Shown: positions 50,153 through 63,750, counted from the whole stretch's first letter. The stretch: 63,876 nucleotides of DNA, filler included, from Hyphochytrium catenoides (GCA_900088475.1; 11 parts of 11 records of this genome joined end to end with filler, not necessarily neighbours in it), one strand, 5' to 3'. The notes: generated from the sequence alone by a model not told the origin. Numbers and translations: made by a program.

Positions 50153-52307
50153 ATGGCAAAGGAACTTAGATACGACGGCAAAGGTAGCTGCCGCGGACTA
50201 ATTTCTTCTACTCATTCTTCTTGGCCTTGGGCCCTGGCTCCAGATCTGAGCCTCCGCTGGGAGCTAGCTCAAAGCGAGAGTCACATTTTCTTCTCCCCTT
50301 CGTAATGCCATTTTCCTCTGCCGTTGACCCTTTCTCTCTCTGGCCTTGTCCCGTGTTAGCCAGCACTGAGCCTTCTTGACGTCTCTCCTATTCTCTTGCA
50401 CTCTCTTTTTTAGAACTCACCGTCTCTTCCTTTGTCCTTTTGTCCAAAGTGGCCATTGTCACCGGCGCTGGCGGAGGGCTGGGCCGCGCTTATGCGATTC
50501 TCCTTGGTTCTCGAGGCGCAAAGGTAGTGGTAAATGATCTTGGAGGTTCCTTCAAGGGAGAGGGCACTAGCACCTCCATGGCAGATAAGGTATGAGAGCA
50601 GGGCAGAGGTCCTGCATGGGAAGCATGCAGATAGACTCACAGTGAGAGAGAAGAGAGAAAGCAACAAGACGCCGCCACTGCCCTTCCGGGGGCCTGACTC
50701 TTTGGTGGTGAAGGCATCGGGGACAATTGTCGCCTTTCATAGATAGAGAGAGAGAAGAGAGACGAAGAAGAGAGAGAGAGACAGAAAGAGGTACTGCTCT
50801 GTTGCAAGGGGCCGGCGAAAGGGAGGATATAAAGGGATTAGCCAGACTCTATTCCTCATTGTCTCACTTACCCGTTACGCTTGCAGGTCGTGAACGAGAT
50901 CAAAGCCATGGGCGGGGAGGCCATTGCGAACTATGACAGTGTGGAGTTTGGGGAGAAGATCGTGCAGACTGCCTTGGACAAATGTGAGGCACAACTTCCG
51001 ACAACTTCTCTCTCTCTCCCTCTCTCTGTGTGTCTCCCTTATCTTCACAAGTCAATCTCACCCTCCGTTATATTAAGGGGGCCGTGTCGACATTATCATC
51101 AACAACGCGGGCATCCTGCGTGATATTTCACTGCAGAAGATGAGCCAGAAGGACTGGGATCTCATCTACGCTGTGCACATGAAAGGAACATACAGGTATC
51201 ATGGTTGCCACCTGCTTGCATTCCCATATTTTGAGTTACCCCTAGATGGCACTTCTTCGTTGCTCACTCTATTATTCCCTCTGGTTCTCTCTCTCTCGTC
51301 CTTCTCTCCTTGGTTCTGCACCGGGCTCTGTCTCTTTCTCTTTATTTTCAGTGTCACAAAAGCAGCTTGGAATGTGATGCGAGACCAGAAGTATGGTCGG
51401 ATCATCAATGTGTCCAGCGCGGCAGGTCTCTATGGAAACTTCGGACAGACGAACTACTCAGCCATGAAGATGGCCATCGCAGGCTTTAGCTTGGCTGCCG
51501 CCAAAGAGGGCGCTAGCAGGAACATCAAGGTAGGAAACGAATGAAAGTGCATGTCCGTGCCATTGGCTTGATGCCGTTCAGGGTGAAAGGTGACGGACAT
51601 TTTATGATCTTCTCTCCGCATATCAATTATTATTTATTCTCTCCCGTTGTGCGGTCCTTTAAAGCTAAGAGCCAGTTTGCCTTCCCTTTCACGTGTGGTC
51701 CAGGTCAATGTCATTGCCCCCATTGCTGGCTCAAGAATGACAGAAACAGTCATGCCGCCAGATCTTCTGGAGAAACTGAGGCCCGAATACGTCGCTCCAT
51801 TCGTAGGGTGAGCCCACGTTGTCAACATTGTAACTGTGTCTCTATTACTTACGTCTGGGCACCTGGCGATACTAGGTACCTTGCCCATGAATCCTGTGCT
51901 CCCACCGGTGGTATCTTTGAGCTTGGCGCAGGATGGGTGGCAAAGGTACGACTAGCGCTAGTAATAGTGTTCTTAGCAGTTGGATATATAATGCTCATTC
52001 ATCTCTCCCTTTAGGTCCGGTGGCAGCGATCCAAGGGCTCTTTCTTCAACATCAAGAAGGGAATGACCGTAGAAGATGTGGCTGAAAAGTACCCATCCAT
52101 TGAGGTGACAACTTTGTCTCTCTGCGGTTATGTTCCTCCCCTCTCTTCTCCTTTCCTGGGCTCACCAAGTCTCACTCGTTCCCATCCTTCAAAAATCCTG
52201 ACCCTCGGCCTGCTGTACCCTTATAGGATTTTTCTTCTGGCGCGACATATCCTACGGCCACTAACGATGCTTTCGAGCCTATCATGGCGAACCTGGCTAA
52301 GCTCTGA
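50153..52307 (+). CDS. Peroxisomal MFE-2/HSD17B4-type (3R)-hydroxyacyl-CoA dehydrogenase, SDR domain only, PTS1 -AKL (9 exons)
   Basis: Reads [65 protein letters not shown] (YxxxK)..[28 protein letters not shown]. Confidence 0.93.
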
Positions 52308-52904
52308 GGCACTTCGACGGCATAAGAGCGCCAGGAAGAGCAAGCAAGGATGAAGGAGTAGAGGAAGGGATATTTCTAGGTTCAGCAGTAAAAATAGGGA
52401 GTTAAGTTGTGAAGGGCCACATGCTGACGTTAGGGCGGCGCATAGAGCGACTTAGCAAAGCATATAACGCTTCACCTCTCCATGGATAATATCTACTCAC
52501 CTTGGGAAACAAACCTTAGGCTTTCTTTCTTATTGGTACTTGTCTCTCCATCACCTCATGAAAGGGTGAGGCTGGGGTTTTGAATTCCTTCTCTCTCCCT
52601 CTCTGTCTCTCTCTCTCTCTCCTCTGTCTGTCCGCTATTTCATTTTTTCCATTGTCTCAATGTGAGCAGGTTTTGTAACGCCTCTTATGAGATCACAACA
52701 AGTTTTGATAATCACTCAATCCAGTTTCGAGATGCCTTCGTTGATACTTTAGCACCGTATTGATGAGGACCATCCACCTCTGATCTCCACTCTAAACTAG
52801 TGATATGATAACCAGTCTGGCCTGAAGCGGTCTTGCTCTTGCTTCTCAAAAGTGTATATACACTCCACTCCATCTTTGCGCATAGGATTCCCTCTTGGCG
52901 TTTC

Positions 52905-52911
<7 letters not shown>

Positions 52912-52972
<61 letters not shown>

Positions 52973-53018
52973 CGCGCGCGCTCTCTCGCTCGCTCTCTCT
53001 CTCTCTCGTCTTTCTCTC

Positions 53019-53065
<47 letters not shown>

Positions 53066-53070
53066 CTTTC
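52912..53070 (+). repeat. (CT)n microsatellite, representative of many AG/CT tracts
   Basis: Long CT run. Similar tracts occur at ~2015-2257, 39890-39970, 41550-42000, 49720-50000, 58430-58500, 58930-59015 and 62770-63000. Confidence 0.95.
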
Positions 53071-53229
53071 TCTTAAAGGCTCCTTAACCTTTCTTCCTGG
53101 CGTTTGTCCCTCACGCTCTACCTCGGGTTTGCCTCTCTGTTTCTGTTTTCTCTCCTTTCCCCTCTTTTGCATCTAGGGTTACCTAGCCACCTCTTTCCCC
53201 TTCCTCCCACTTCTCATTTCCTCCTGCAG

Positions 53230-54305
53230 GTTCGTCCTCTGCCTCTAATTCTTCCCTCTTTGCAGTGGCCTCCGCGTTGCTTGCCCTGACGTGTCTCTCC
53301 CAGAACTGTCGCTTCGTCGCGGTGCAGAGCCCAGTGCATCAGTTTGAAGCTTCTACGCCCTGTAGTTCTTGGCGAGGGTTTCCACTTTTGCCCTCTCTCC
53401 TCTGGCTCTCGCTGGCTCTTTCTAGCTCTTACGCCCATTTTCTCTCTCTCTGTGTCTCGACAATGATGGACGGAGTTCAAATATCTGGACGCTCCTCCTT
53501 TCGCCTTAGCAGTGAAGGCGGAGAAGGGAAGACAGACAGGAGCGTCTCTTCTTTTCTTTATCTCTGCAGTAAGGACTATGGATGTAATCTTGTCCCTCCT
53601 GATGTACCTGGAGCCACCACGGCCGAGCTCTGCAATGCCAGCTGCCCATCACAGCTCAGACTAAGCGGGGAGGCGTCTCTCTCTCCTTCTACTTCTCTCT
53701 CTCCTTCTCTTTCCTCCCCGCTTCTTCCGTCCACTTCCCCTCCTTCCCCAGATGCTCGAGACACTGTCCAGCCTTCTCCAAGCGTTGAATGGCTCAGATC
53801 ATCCCCTAATGACTCTACAGGCTTCACGCTCCTAGGACTGGCCTTTGGAGTTGCTGCACTGATTGGGATCATTGGCCTCTTTGCTGTTAGAAGGAAAGGC
53901 CCCGTGATTCTCAGCAGAGGACAAGCGGAACAGACGAAGAAGAAGGATGAGAAAGGAGAGAAGAAGGAGAAAAGCAACGGGAGAGCGCTCGGAAGAGTGG
54001 GAGCTGGCCGATGGGTACCGTTGGCTGCTTCTCTCTCTAGAGAAAAAGCAGAGGTAGCGGCGTTGACTTCCAGGAGAGAAGGATCTGTTCCCTGTTCCTC
54101 CTTCTACGACGAGGAGGAGGAGGAGAGGAAAGAAGACTCTTTCCCCAGTTCTCTGCTAGCTGTTGGTACTCTCAGTGAAGAGAGAGAGAGCACTCTGATG
54201 AAGTGGAGCCATGATGATGGTGAGGACTGCACATCTCCTTCATTGCTCTATGCTTTGGTCTACCTTTCTTCTCTCCCCTTTCTTTATACACTGTTGATGT
54301 CTTCG

Positions 54306-54340
<35 letters not shown>

Positions 54341-54387
54341 NNNNNNNNNNNNNNNNNNNNNNNNNNNNNNNNNNNNNNNNNNNNCTC

Positions 54388-54423
<36 letters not shown>

Positions 54424-54982
54424 CCCAGTCTAGTCCACTGTTTCACTTCTGACCTTTCTCCCTCTTCATGTACCTATCTGTACGTGCTTGAGAGTCTTCC
54501 TATTTTTCCCCCTTCCCCTCCGAGCGCCCGGAGAAGCTCTCTGTCCTCTTCTTCGTCCAATGGTGAAGTTGTTCTGAGAACCTCTATTCTTTCTCTCTCT
54601 TTTTCTCTCTTTCTCTCTCCTCTGTCTTCCTTCTTCTCTTGTTCTGACTAGAGTCGGGATATTAGATTTCTCGGAACCCTTCTTCCTTACCTCAGCGTAT
54701 CCTTCCTTTCTTAGAGATCTCTCCCATCTCCTTCCCCATCTCACTACAGGCAGAGAGCGAGGCTCGTCGGAGTCTATCCTGACCATGGAGCAGCAGTTTC
54801 CTTCTTCGTCATGGATGAAGGTTGACGATATCCGTCCTCCGCTCCCAGGAGAGACTCCGTCGCCCATAGAGCTTCAGTATTCTCTTGCCGCCGCATGTTC
54901 TAGCTGCTGCAGCATAGAGTTTAGTCTGTCGAGATGCGAGGAGCAAGAAGATGAACATGAAGATGAGGAACTCACACACTAA
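53230..54982 (+). CDS. Hypothetical single-pass membrane protein (Cys-rich segment, S/P-rich stalk, TM, charged tail); start uncertain
   Basis: Open frame with YLCSKDYGCNL..ELCNASC, an S/P tract and TM GFTLLGLAFGVAALIGIIGLFAVRRK. Donor 54220 splices in frame to acceptor 54749; stop at 54982. Confidence 0.55.
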
Positions 54983-57387
54983 GACAGAAGGAAAGCACGA
55001 GCTTTCTGCCCTTTCGACACAGACACATACTCTTTCTCTCTTTCTTCCCTTGATCTCCTCCTCTACTTCTATGTTATCGGTTTCTGTAAGGGCTGCGGTG
55101 TATCTGCCTCGTTTGCTCTCTCTCTCTTTTTGTTGCCTATGCTTTTCTCTCTCTTGTAAAAATCAATACGCTTCGTATAGTAGAGCAGTAAGAACACACC
55201 GCGTAAAAGCATGATCTTCCATAGTGAGTGACCAAGAGAGAGAGCGAGAGGGAGGCAGAGAGAGAGAGAAACAGACAGCGAGATACGCACAGTTAGGGAG
55301 AGACTGAGAAAGAGAGAGAGAAAGTGGGACAAAAACGGTTCCTCTTCGGAGAAGCAAAGGAGCAACATGAGCCAAAAGAGATATGGAGTCAGACCAGGGA
55401 GTGTTCCACAGTCAAAGAAGTAACAGAGCTAGGAGTAAAGGAAACTGCATAGTAGAGCAGAAAGAGGCCTTGCTTGGGAGAAAGAAAAGAAAGAGAGGAG
55501 AGACTCGAACTTCGCGCAACTTGACGGGCAAATCATGATCTCTCTTTTAGCTCTAGATACTAAGATAAATAAAATTGAGGCCTCTCGTCTCCAGCAGACG
55601 TGCCTCAGGGCGATAGACAGTCAAACAAACAGACAAAAAACGTTACTCGACCACCCAGTGCGCCGCGACCTCTCCACCACCGCCTGCTCGTCGGTTTTTA
55701 TTTCCTCGCTTTCTCTCGCTCTCTCTCTTCGCGCGCACACAACCTCTCTCTGCCTCATTTCCCCAGCCGCCAGGGTAGTTTGTAGAGAGAGAGAAGATGG
55801 TAAGATGATGTCTACGACTCGTAGACAACCATGCTTCCCGCCGCCCNNNNNNNNNNNNNNNNNNNNNNNNNNNNNNNNNNNNNNNNNNNNTTAATTAATT
55901 AANNNNNNNNNNNNNNNNNNNNNNNNNNNNNNNNNNNNNNNNNNNNCTAGCACCCTTAAAGCCCTGACCAGAAGGGAGAAGGGGAAACGCGCATGGTTTA
56001 GCGGCCGCGCAGGCGATGGACTAGTTCCTCCTAAAGCCTGACCCTGACCTTTGACGACGCGTGAGCTACTAGGGAGATGTGCGGCCGAGGGTATGGTGCA
56101 TCATGCTGTTTTCCTGACATAATCGCATTCACCCCACTGGCCGCTCCCCTCTTCCCCCCTTCCTTTCTCATGGATGCATGTCAATCACGTTTGTGACAAT
56201 GTTGTCAGAAAGTAGAAGTGCTGTTGCCTCCGATGCACAAAAGCCTTTCCTCCTAGACTTTACAGAACTAGTAATTAAAGCCGATGTTCACCATCATTCA
56301 GCGAGTTTGGCTCGGTCAACTAGGACATCGCGCGGGGTTCTCCCGAGATAGGAATGCGGTATGTTGGACACTAGTTCTGAGGATACATTGCAAGGGGTAA
56401 CCATTTAGTTTTTCCTGTCAATAGCGGCTGAGAGGGAAATGGAGGTTCTCAAGAAGAGGAACCTCGACCGGTTGCAAGGAGAGGGCTTCCTTGGCTAACA
56501 CAGTCTGCTTCACATCTCATATAAATCGTTTTGGGAGACACACAGAATTTGAAATGGCCTAACAAAGGCTGCAGACCCCTTCCCTGCAGCCTGTTAGTCG
56601 CTGTCATTCCAGCTCACCTCTTTCCAGGCCACTGGAATGTTTCTACCACTCCCTATGAACTTAAGACACTTTACTTCTCCCAAACCCGTTACTTTGGGTC
56701 TCCTAAGAGTTATATGATATCTGAGCGTCGCAACCATCATTGCTGGCTGCCGAGCAAACCTTATCGACAGATCATCCATTGCAATGTCGAAATAGACGAT
56801 AATAGCAGCTAATAATGTGGCGGACTGCCTATAGGGCCAACATACTTAGGTAAGTGCCCCATCTCACACACCGCAAAGTATCCATGGAGCTTAGTCTCTG
56901 GTGCCCCATCAATGAGCCTGGGTACTCGTAGTACCATCATGCGTTTTCATCATTTCCTATCATCTTCTNNNNNNNNNNNNNNNNNNNNNNNNNNNNNNNN
57001 NNNNNNNNNNNNTTAATTAATTAANNNNNNNNNNNNNNNNNNNNNNNNNNNNNNNNNNNNNNNNNNNNCTAAAGCGTGAGACCGTGAGCCTGACAAAGAA
57101 AAAGCAGACGTCCTCATAGTTTGACAGTTGAACTTAAACATGTATAGCTATAACCTTACACCCTATGCAGGGGCCCCTGTTCAAAGACTCGCGCAGGAAC
57201 ATCTAGAGCGGAACCAGAAAGAAAGAAAGAGAGACAGAGAGAGAGGGAAAGATGAATGGAAGAAGGAAGAGAAGATGGAGACAGAGAGAGAGCAAGCAAA
57301 AGAGAAAGGGAATAAATAGATGAAGGCACCCCCGGGTATGCCCAAGAGGAGGCGATGGAGCCATTGAAAACGCCGAGAAGAGTACAG

Positions 57388-58434
57388 CTACTTCCTCTTT
57401 CTCCTCTGCTTGTGAGAGGACCGTCGGACGGCGGGCTTGGACTCTGCAGCTTGAGAACCGCCTTTCTTCTTCGCTGGACCCTTCTTCTTCTTCTTTTGCG
57501 CGGCCAAGCCCTTTGTCTTCATCTGAGAGAGTCATCGAACAGTTGAGGTGAGATAGTGGCGAATGATAGCCGAATGGCTGGGTCACAAGCAGTAAGAACT
57601 GCACCATCCATCCAAAGAAGAAGTGAGAAAGAGCGAGGGAGAAGGCTAGGAAAGAAGAAAAGAGAGCGCGAAGAGGAAGGACAAGGAGAGAGAGAGACTA
57701 AAGAGGAGGGCTTTCGCGAGCGAACCTGGATTCTTTGAAAGAGAGTCATTTCTTTCTCTTTGCTCTTTGAAAGGAGCTTCTTTCCTGTCTTCAGTCCTTC
57801 CACTTCCTCCTCTGCGGCTTCATCCATGTCTCTTTCTCTCTCTTCTTCCTCTTCATCACTATCCTGAGGCAGTCCAAAGGAAGTTGTCACGAGGACTCTC
57901 TCTCCAAACTTTTCTTTGGTCGCTTCATCATCAAACTCCTTGGTTTCAATGTCTGAGGAATGTGCGGTAATGGACTCCTCGAGGTTGGCCATCTGCTTCT
58001 CTACTTCTTGCAAGTAAGGCTTCAGCTTCTCTCGATTCTGTGGGCCAAGGACAAGAGAGAGACACGGTTGGCGCACACAGAGAGGCAAGAGAGAGAGAGA
58101 GAGAGAAAGAGAGAAAGGAAGAGAGAAAGAAAGAGAGAAAGAGAGAAAGAGAGGGAGAAGGGAAGGGGGGATAGAGTAGGCAGACAAAAAGAAAGAGAGA
58201 CAAGAGGGAAGGAGAAAGCGAAGGAGAGTTAGCAAAAAGAATAGGAAGTCCGAGAGAGAAGATTGAGAGAGAAGGCAGGATAACGTGACAGAGACAAAAG
58301 GTGAAGCATCAGGCAAGAGTAAGCTGCAGCGAGGAGTCGAGAGAGAGAGACTTAGTTCACAAATGGGGGCCACAAGACCAATCAAGTAGAAAGAGAAGAA
58401 TTCCGGTACAGACGGGCAGAGACAGAACATGGAG

Positions 58435-58490
<56 letters not shown>

Positions 58491-58944
58491 CAGACAGACA
58501 GACAGACAGACGCCACAAAGAGGAGAAAGAAGTGAGGAGAGATTGAGTAAAAGCGACGCAGAAGAGGGTTGGGAGAGCCCTTAGCATTTGGCAAGAGGAG
58601 ACTCTTACCGCCTTCTTGAGCTCCAGCTGTGCCTTTCTCTCTTTCAACTTCCCCATAGAAATCCCAAACTCTCTCCGCGCCAACTTGCGCTTTCGGAACC
58701 CTGTGAGCCACTCTCTGCAGTGCCAGGAGAGGGAAAGAAGGAGACACCGAGACAAAGAGAGGAAAGAGGAAGGGAGAGAGAGAGAGAGAGAAAGAGAAAC
58801 AGACAGACCAGACAAGGAGACAAAGAGAAGGAAGGATAAGGGAGAAAGAGAGAGCAAGTGAGTGAGTCGGCGAGCCTTCATAGTAGAGAAGAGAATGAGA
58901 CGGTGAAGACATTCTTAAAAAGGCAGAGCGACAGAGAGAGAGAA

Positions 58945-59017
<73 letters not shown>

Positions 59018-59289
59018 TAACAAGGGCCATCTATGACCTATTGGCAACCAAGGTTGATGAAAAAAGGAAAAGGCAGAGGAGAGCGAGCTCCAGTGCGGTT
59101 GAAGGCATCGCACAGCAAAGAAGAGAGTCGATCTACCGAAAGAGAAGAAGAGAACCAGAGGCTTCGCAGCCTACAACGAGGGAAGCTCAAAGATGTGGCA
59201 GAGAAAGGAAAAAGAAGCAGCAGCAACGGGCTATGGCCCTCTAGGGAACGAGCTAACAGATTGAGAGCACACACAGAGAGAGAGAGACG

Positions 59290-59327
<38 letters not shown>

Positions 59328-59471
59328 AAAGAGGAAGGACGGCTAATACGTTCTGTCATCTTCATTGAATTCCACGTGCAGCTTCCGCTTCTTCCCTGCC
59401 ACGGACGGTCCTGGCGGCTTGCCCTTCTTCGCATTTCCCTTCTGCCCTTTGCCCTTCTGAGGCTTTCCCAT
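57388..59471 (-). CDS. RRP17: Ribosomal RNA-processing protein 17 / nucleolar protein 12 (Nop25 domain), 4 exons
   Basis: Exons 59471-59350, 58714-58609, 58037-57726, 57522-57388. The join LHVEFNEDDRTEWLTGFRKRKLARR is the Nop25 signature (F....R..(Y/W)LTGF.KRK..R). Lys-rich C-terminus. Confidence 0.88.
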
Positions 59472-61161
59472 TTCTCTGGTGTTACTCTTTCCTCTCTCTC
59501 TTTCCCTCTCTCTCTTCCGTTCTCCTCTCTCCTCGCTTCAGTTCGCGCTGTGCCTCTGCGGAAGAGACGCTCTCGAAGGCAAGAGAAGTTATGGAGTCAG
59601 ACAAAGAAGGTCTGGTACGATTGACAAGCGAGAGAGAGAGAGAGCTTTCGCCAAACAACGGGAGAAGGAGAGAAAGAGCGAGGCAAGAAAGAGACGCATT
59701 CGAAGGAGCGAAAGAGGCTGAATAGACAAAAAAAGATAGCTTAAAATAAAATAGACAGGAAAGAGAGAAGGAGAGAGGGGAAAGGGGTAAGAGAACGGAG
59801 CGAGCGAGCGAGCGATAGAGAGGGACAGAGAGGTCGTGTGTGAGAAAGAGAGAGAAGAGGGGAGAAAAAGAGAGGGGGTTGAGAGAGACAGAGGAGACTG
59901 AGCAAAGAACAGAGGGAAAGAGACAGAGCGAGGGAAAGAGAGAAAGAGAGAGAGGGTGAAATTGAGAGAGAGAGAGAGGGGTGNNNNNNNNNNNNNNNNN
60001 NNNNNNNNNNNNNNNNNNNNNNNNNNNNNNNNNGAGAGAGAGAGAGTGAGAGAGAGAGACAAAGAGAGAGAGAGGAAAAGCGAGAGATCAGAAGCATGCC
60101 AGAAACGACCAGCAAGCTTTTCAATGGCCCTGCCTATCACTCTTTATTTCTAATCCCAATCATCAACCTATCTTTCATTCTTGATTATCTTGGGCAACTC
60201 CGAAATAACGAACTTTCGAAAGGTTACACGTTATGCGTCAAACATTGCCAGCAGCCAAGTAAGACTGGCGGCCAAGGACGGACAGGAATGCACAGACAGA
60301 AACAGAGAGATAATGACAAAGGGAGAGAGAAACAGAGAGAAGGAGAGAAAGAGAGACAGTACTTTCTCTCTTTGTGGGATCCTGGACCCTGAGAAGAGGG
60401 TCTGTCTATTCCTTGGCGGGACAGGTCCTTGGAGAGCCGAGAGAGGTCCATCCACGGACTGCAACTGGTGGTAGGGCTCTCTGTCCTATGGGAGACGCTG
60501 AGGCCGTGTGAGCTTGTGTGAAGAGAGACGAGGTAGCGGCGCAACAGAGGGAGAGTCAAGAGAGAGTGAGAGAGAGGAGAGACAAAGAGGTGCAGGAGAG
60601 ACAAGAAGAACGCTTCAGCATTACTTTCACGGAGTAACAAGCTGAGAGGGAGGGACCGCCGCTGCTGGTATGTCTTTGACTTTATCCTTTGTTACTTAGA
60701 TGGACGGACTAATAATGACCATAGACTGACTATCAACAACTAAGGCGAAGGCGATGGTGCCTTCCGAGCTACGCGCTCTACTCTACATTGCACTAGCTTA
60801 CTTCGCAACCTCTCCCTCCCGTCGCTCGCTATAAGAAAGTCTAAGCCTGACGTCAACTAGAAAGATCTCCTATTGCCTTTCCGCGACAAGAGGAGAGGAG
60901 TATGTCTTGCCTCGGCTTTCAGTTATCTCAAAGGCTGTGGTGGTAGCGGCTTCCTTGTGTCTCAGTTGCTCCCTTCTTAGGCGCTGGATGGGAGGCCGAC
61001 CTTGTGGTTACAGATAAACTTCATAATATCGCTCATGGTGATGAGATCGCGGACCNNNNNNNNNNNNNNNNNNNNNNNNNNNNNNNNNNNNNNNNNNNNT
61101 TAATTAATTAANNNNNNNNNNNNNNNNNNNNNNNNNNNNNNNNNNNNNNNNNNNNAGAAGA

Positions 61162-62285
61162 ATGGCTGTACCACGATCCAGAGCTCCACCAGTGCCGGCC
61201 AAGACAACGACAGAGCCCGTCATGGCTGACGCAAGTGCGCCAGAACATAGAAGAATTATGGAGAAGAAGAGGTTGTGCCGTCAACAAATGAAGCAGCAGC
61301 TGTGTGCAGAGCAAGATAAGGTATCGCGGCTAAAGGCAGAGCTAGAGGAGGAGAGAGACATGGCCAGCAAGGCGCTTGAGGCAGCGCTACGAAGAGGTAG
61401 ACTAATCGGAGTACTGGTGGGCGCTTGTCTCGCTAGCTCTACCCTCTTCTTCTCGTCTCTCCTGCCCGATGCAACGCCGGCCTTGGCTCTCCAGGCACCC
61501 ACAGCGCCCCGACCATCCTTGGAATGCTCAGCTATGAATGATAGTTGCCCGGACTCTTGTTTCCTCCAATCTTCAAAAAGCTCGACAGCAGAGTTCTGCC
61601 AGAGCTTTGAGGAGATCCTTGCGGACACAGTCTTCCTCCTCTCTTTATGGCGCTACCTTGCGATCGGTGCAGCGGTTCTCGTCTCACTTCTTGCCCTGTT
61701 ACTGCTGCGATCACGCCAGCAGTCCACGTCCCAGAGTAAGAACAAAGGAACAGTCATGGAGGAGACACGTACGCCTCTTCTTTCAGACAGAATGCAGCCT
61801 TGCACTACTGCAGCTCCAGATAGTAGCGCCTCTGTTGGCTCCAGGGCAGAAGCGGTAGAACAGGATCATAAAGAAGAAGACCAGCATCAGAAGACAGAGC
61901 AGAGACGTCAAGCTGGCCAGCAGACGACGGAGATGCAGCAGCAGCAACACCGGGACAAGGAGCAGACTGCCCGGAACCACCATCATCAGACGCCAGACCA
62001 ACAGCCCATGGCCAACGATACAGATTCGCCCAAGGATCAAGACAATGAGACGGACGATGATGTTGACGATCTTGACAGTGAAGGTAGCTTTGAAGAGGTG
62101 GTCGAGGCCTCGGCTCACTGCTCGCTGTGTGCCCCATATCCTAACAAGGACTTGTCCTGTGAGCATCTCTATCATTTCCACTGCTTGACAGCCTTTCAAG
62201 AGTTCTGCCACGAACAAGGAAAGACCGCCTCTTGTCCCATCTGTGCGGAGAAAGCACCTTCAAAGCCTAGCGGACGAGCTACCGG
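61162..62285 (+). CDS. Membrane-anchored RING-H2 protein (coiled coil, 2 TM, acidic linker, RING); open at contig end
   Basis: CSLC-x9-CEH-LY-H-FH-C-x15-CPIC has C3H2C3 spacing. TM segments LIGVLVGACLASSTLFF and YLAIGAAVLVSLLALLLL. Confidence 0.8.
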
Positions 62286-62950
62286 NNNNNNNNNNNNNNN
62301 NNNNNNNNNNNNNNNNNNNNNNNNNNNNNTTAATTAATTAANNNNNNNNNNNNNNNNNNNNNNNNNNNNNNNNNNNNNNNNNNNNAAGATTAAGAATCAA
62401 GGCCTATCAAAGAGTGTGCGTTCAGAATAAGCTCTCTGAGCGTAACACTGTGAGAACCGTCGGAGGAGCTTCAGTTGGGGGTTTCAACTTCACGACTGGT
62501 TATCAAACTCTAGTTACCGCGAGTAAAAGTCTTTCTTGATTACAGTAGTTCTTTTCTTGTCGAGGCAAGTGCTCAATGTTTCGGAACTATTCAGTATTAT
62601 TTTTCGGTTGGGAAAAACACAGCCTTTATTGTTATTTACTTCGGAAAGGTATCACTAGAAACTTTAAATTCCTTATAATTGGACTGACAAGAAACTGCCT
62701 CATCACTAGCCCATCCATCCTATAGGTTATATTAGCCAACGTGGCGGGTGGGTATGACCTCCTAGCCTTTCCTCTTTTATCTCTCTTTCTCTCTCTCTCT
62801 CTCTTTCTCTTTCGTTCTCTCTCTCTCTCTCTCTCTCGGTCGCTCCCTCTTCTCTTCTCTCTCTCTCTCACACTCGCTCTCTCCTCTCTCTCTTCATTTC
62901 TGTTATTACTTCCAAGACCGTTGTTCCCCTTGTTCTCCGCTTGCACTTTC

Positions 62951-62996
<46 letters not shown>

Positions 62997-63750
62997 AGAA
63001 AGACTGTGGCCGTTGGGAAGTCTGCAACTACTTGAACGCCGCATCTTTCTCTCTCATTCTTGAGGAAGAACCGTTGGACTCAACAGCTTAGATGGCTCTA
63101 TTGGAGTCCTTTCTTCTCTCTTGAAGCCCTCTTTGGACCTTAGCAGTTCGCGCTTTCTTTCTCCTTCTCTCTCTCACTTTCCTCTCTCTCCGCTTCCTCT
63201 TGAAACTCTTCCTCTCCTCCTCTGTCTCTCCCGCTGCCTCTCTCTCTTTCCGACTCGGCTTGCTTTCCTCATTGTTCTGTCGTTCGCCTACTCTCTCTCT
63301 CTCTTCCGGGTTGGAAGGCCACCGACAGACAGAAAGGATCAGCGGTTTCCTTTTCCAAGGACTGTGCGGACGTGAAGACGGCCATCCTCTCTTCTCTCTC
63401 TCAACCCTTCTCTCTCTCTCTCTCTCTCTCTCTGCCCTTCTCTCTCTCTCCATCTCTCTCTCTTTCTCTCTTCTGCTTATTGCTGCCCATCCTCTCCCAC
63501 AGCGCTATATCGAGTGCCTGTCTTTGGCAAGGTGTGGCAAATCCCTAAAAGAAGTCAAGGTCAAAAGCTTGGACTTTCTGAAGCGTTACGCGCTCGTCCT
63601 CACCTTCGCCCCACGCCGCCAATCGGCAACCTTCTCTCTCAATCTGCAGTCTCCGTAGAGCTCAATCTGCCAGATTTATCTTCCAGCAAGCCTTTTTCAA
63701 AGACAGACAAGACAGAGAGAGAACCTCTTGCGAAAAAGAGAGAGAAGAAA

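Noticed and set aside
52833-53176. Many ORFs of SLSLSL or RERERE type (also near 2010, 39761, 41269, 58382, 59589, 62632)
   Set aside because: They are translations of AG/CT microsatellites, which contain no stop codons.
6695-62285. Apparent ubiquitin/autophagy gene cluster (USP, ATG9, F-box-ANK, RING)
   Set aside because: The genes are on different contigs joined by artificial spacers, and these families are common.
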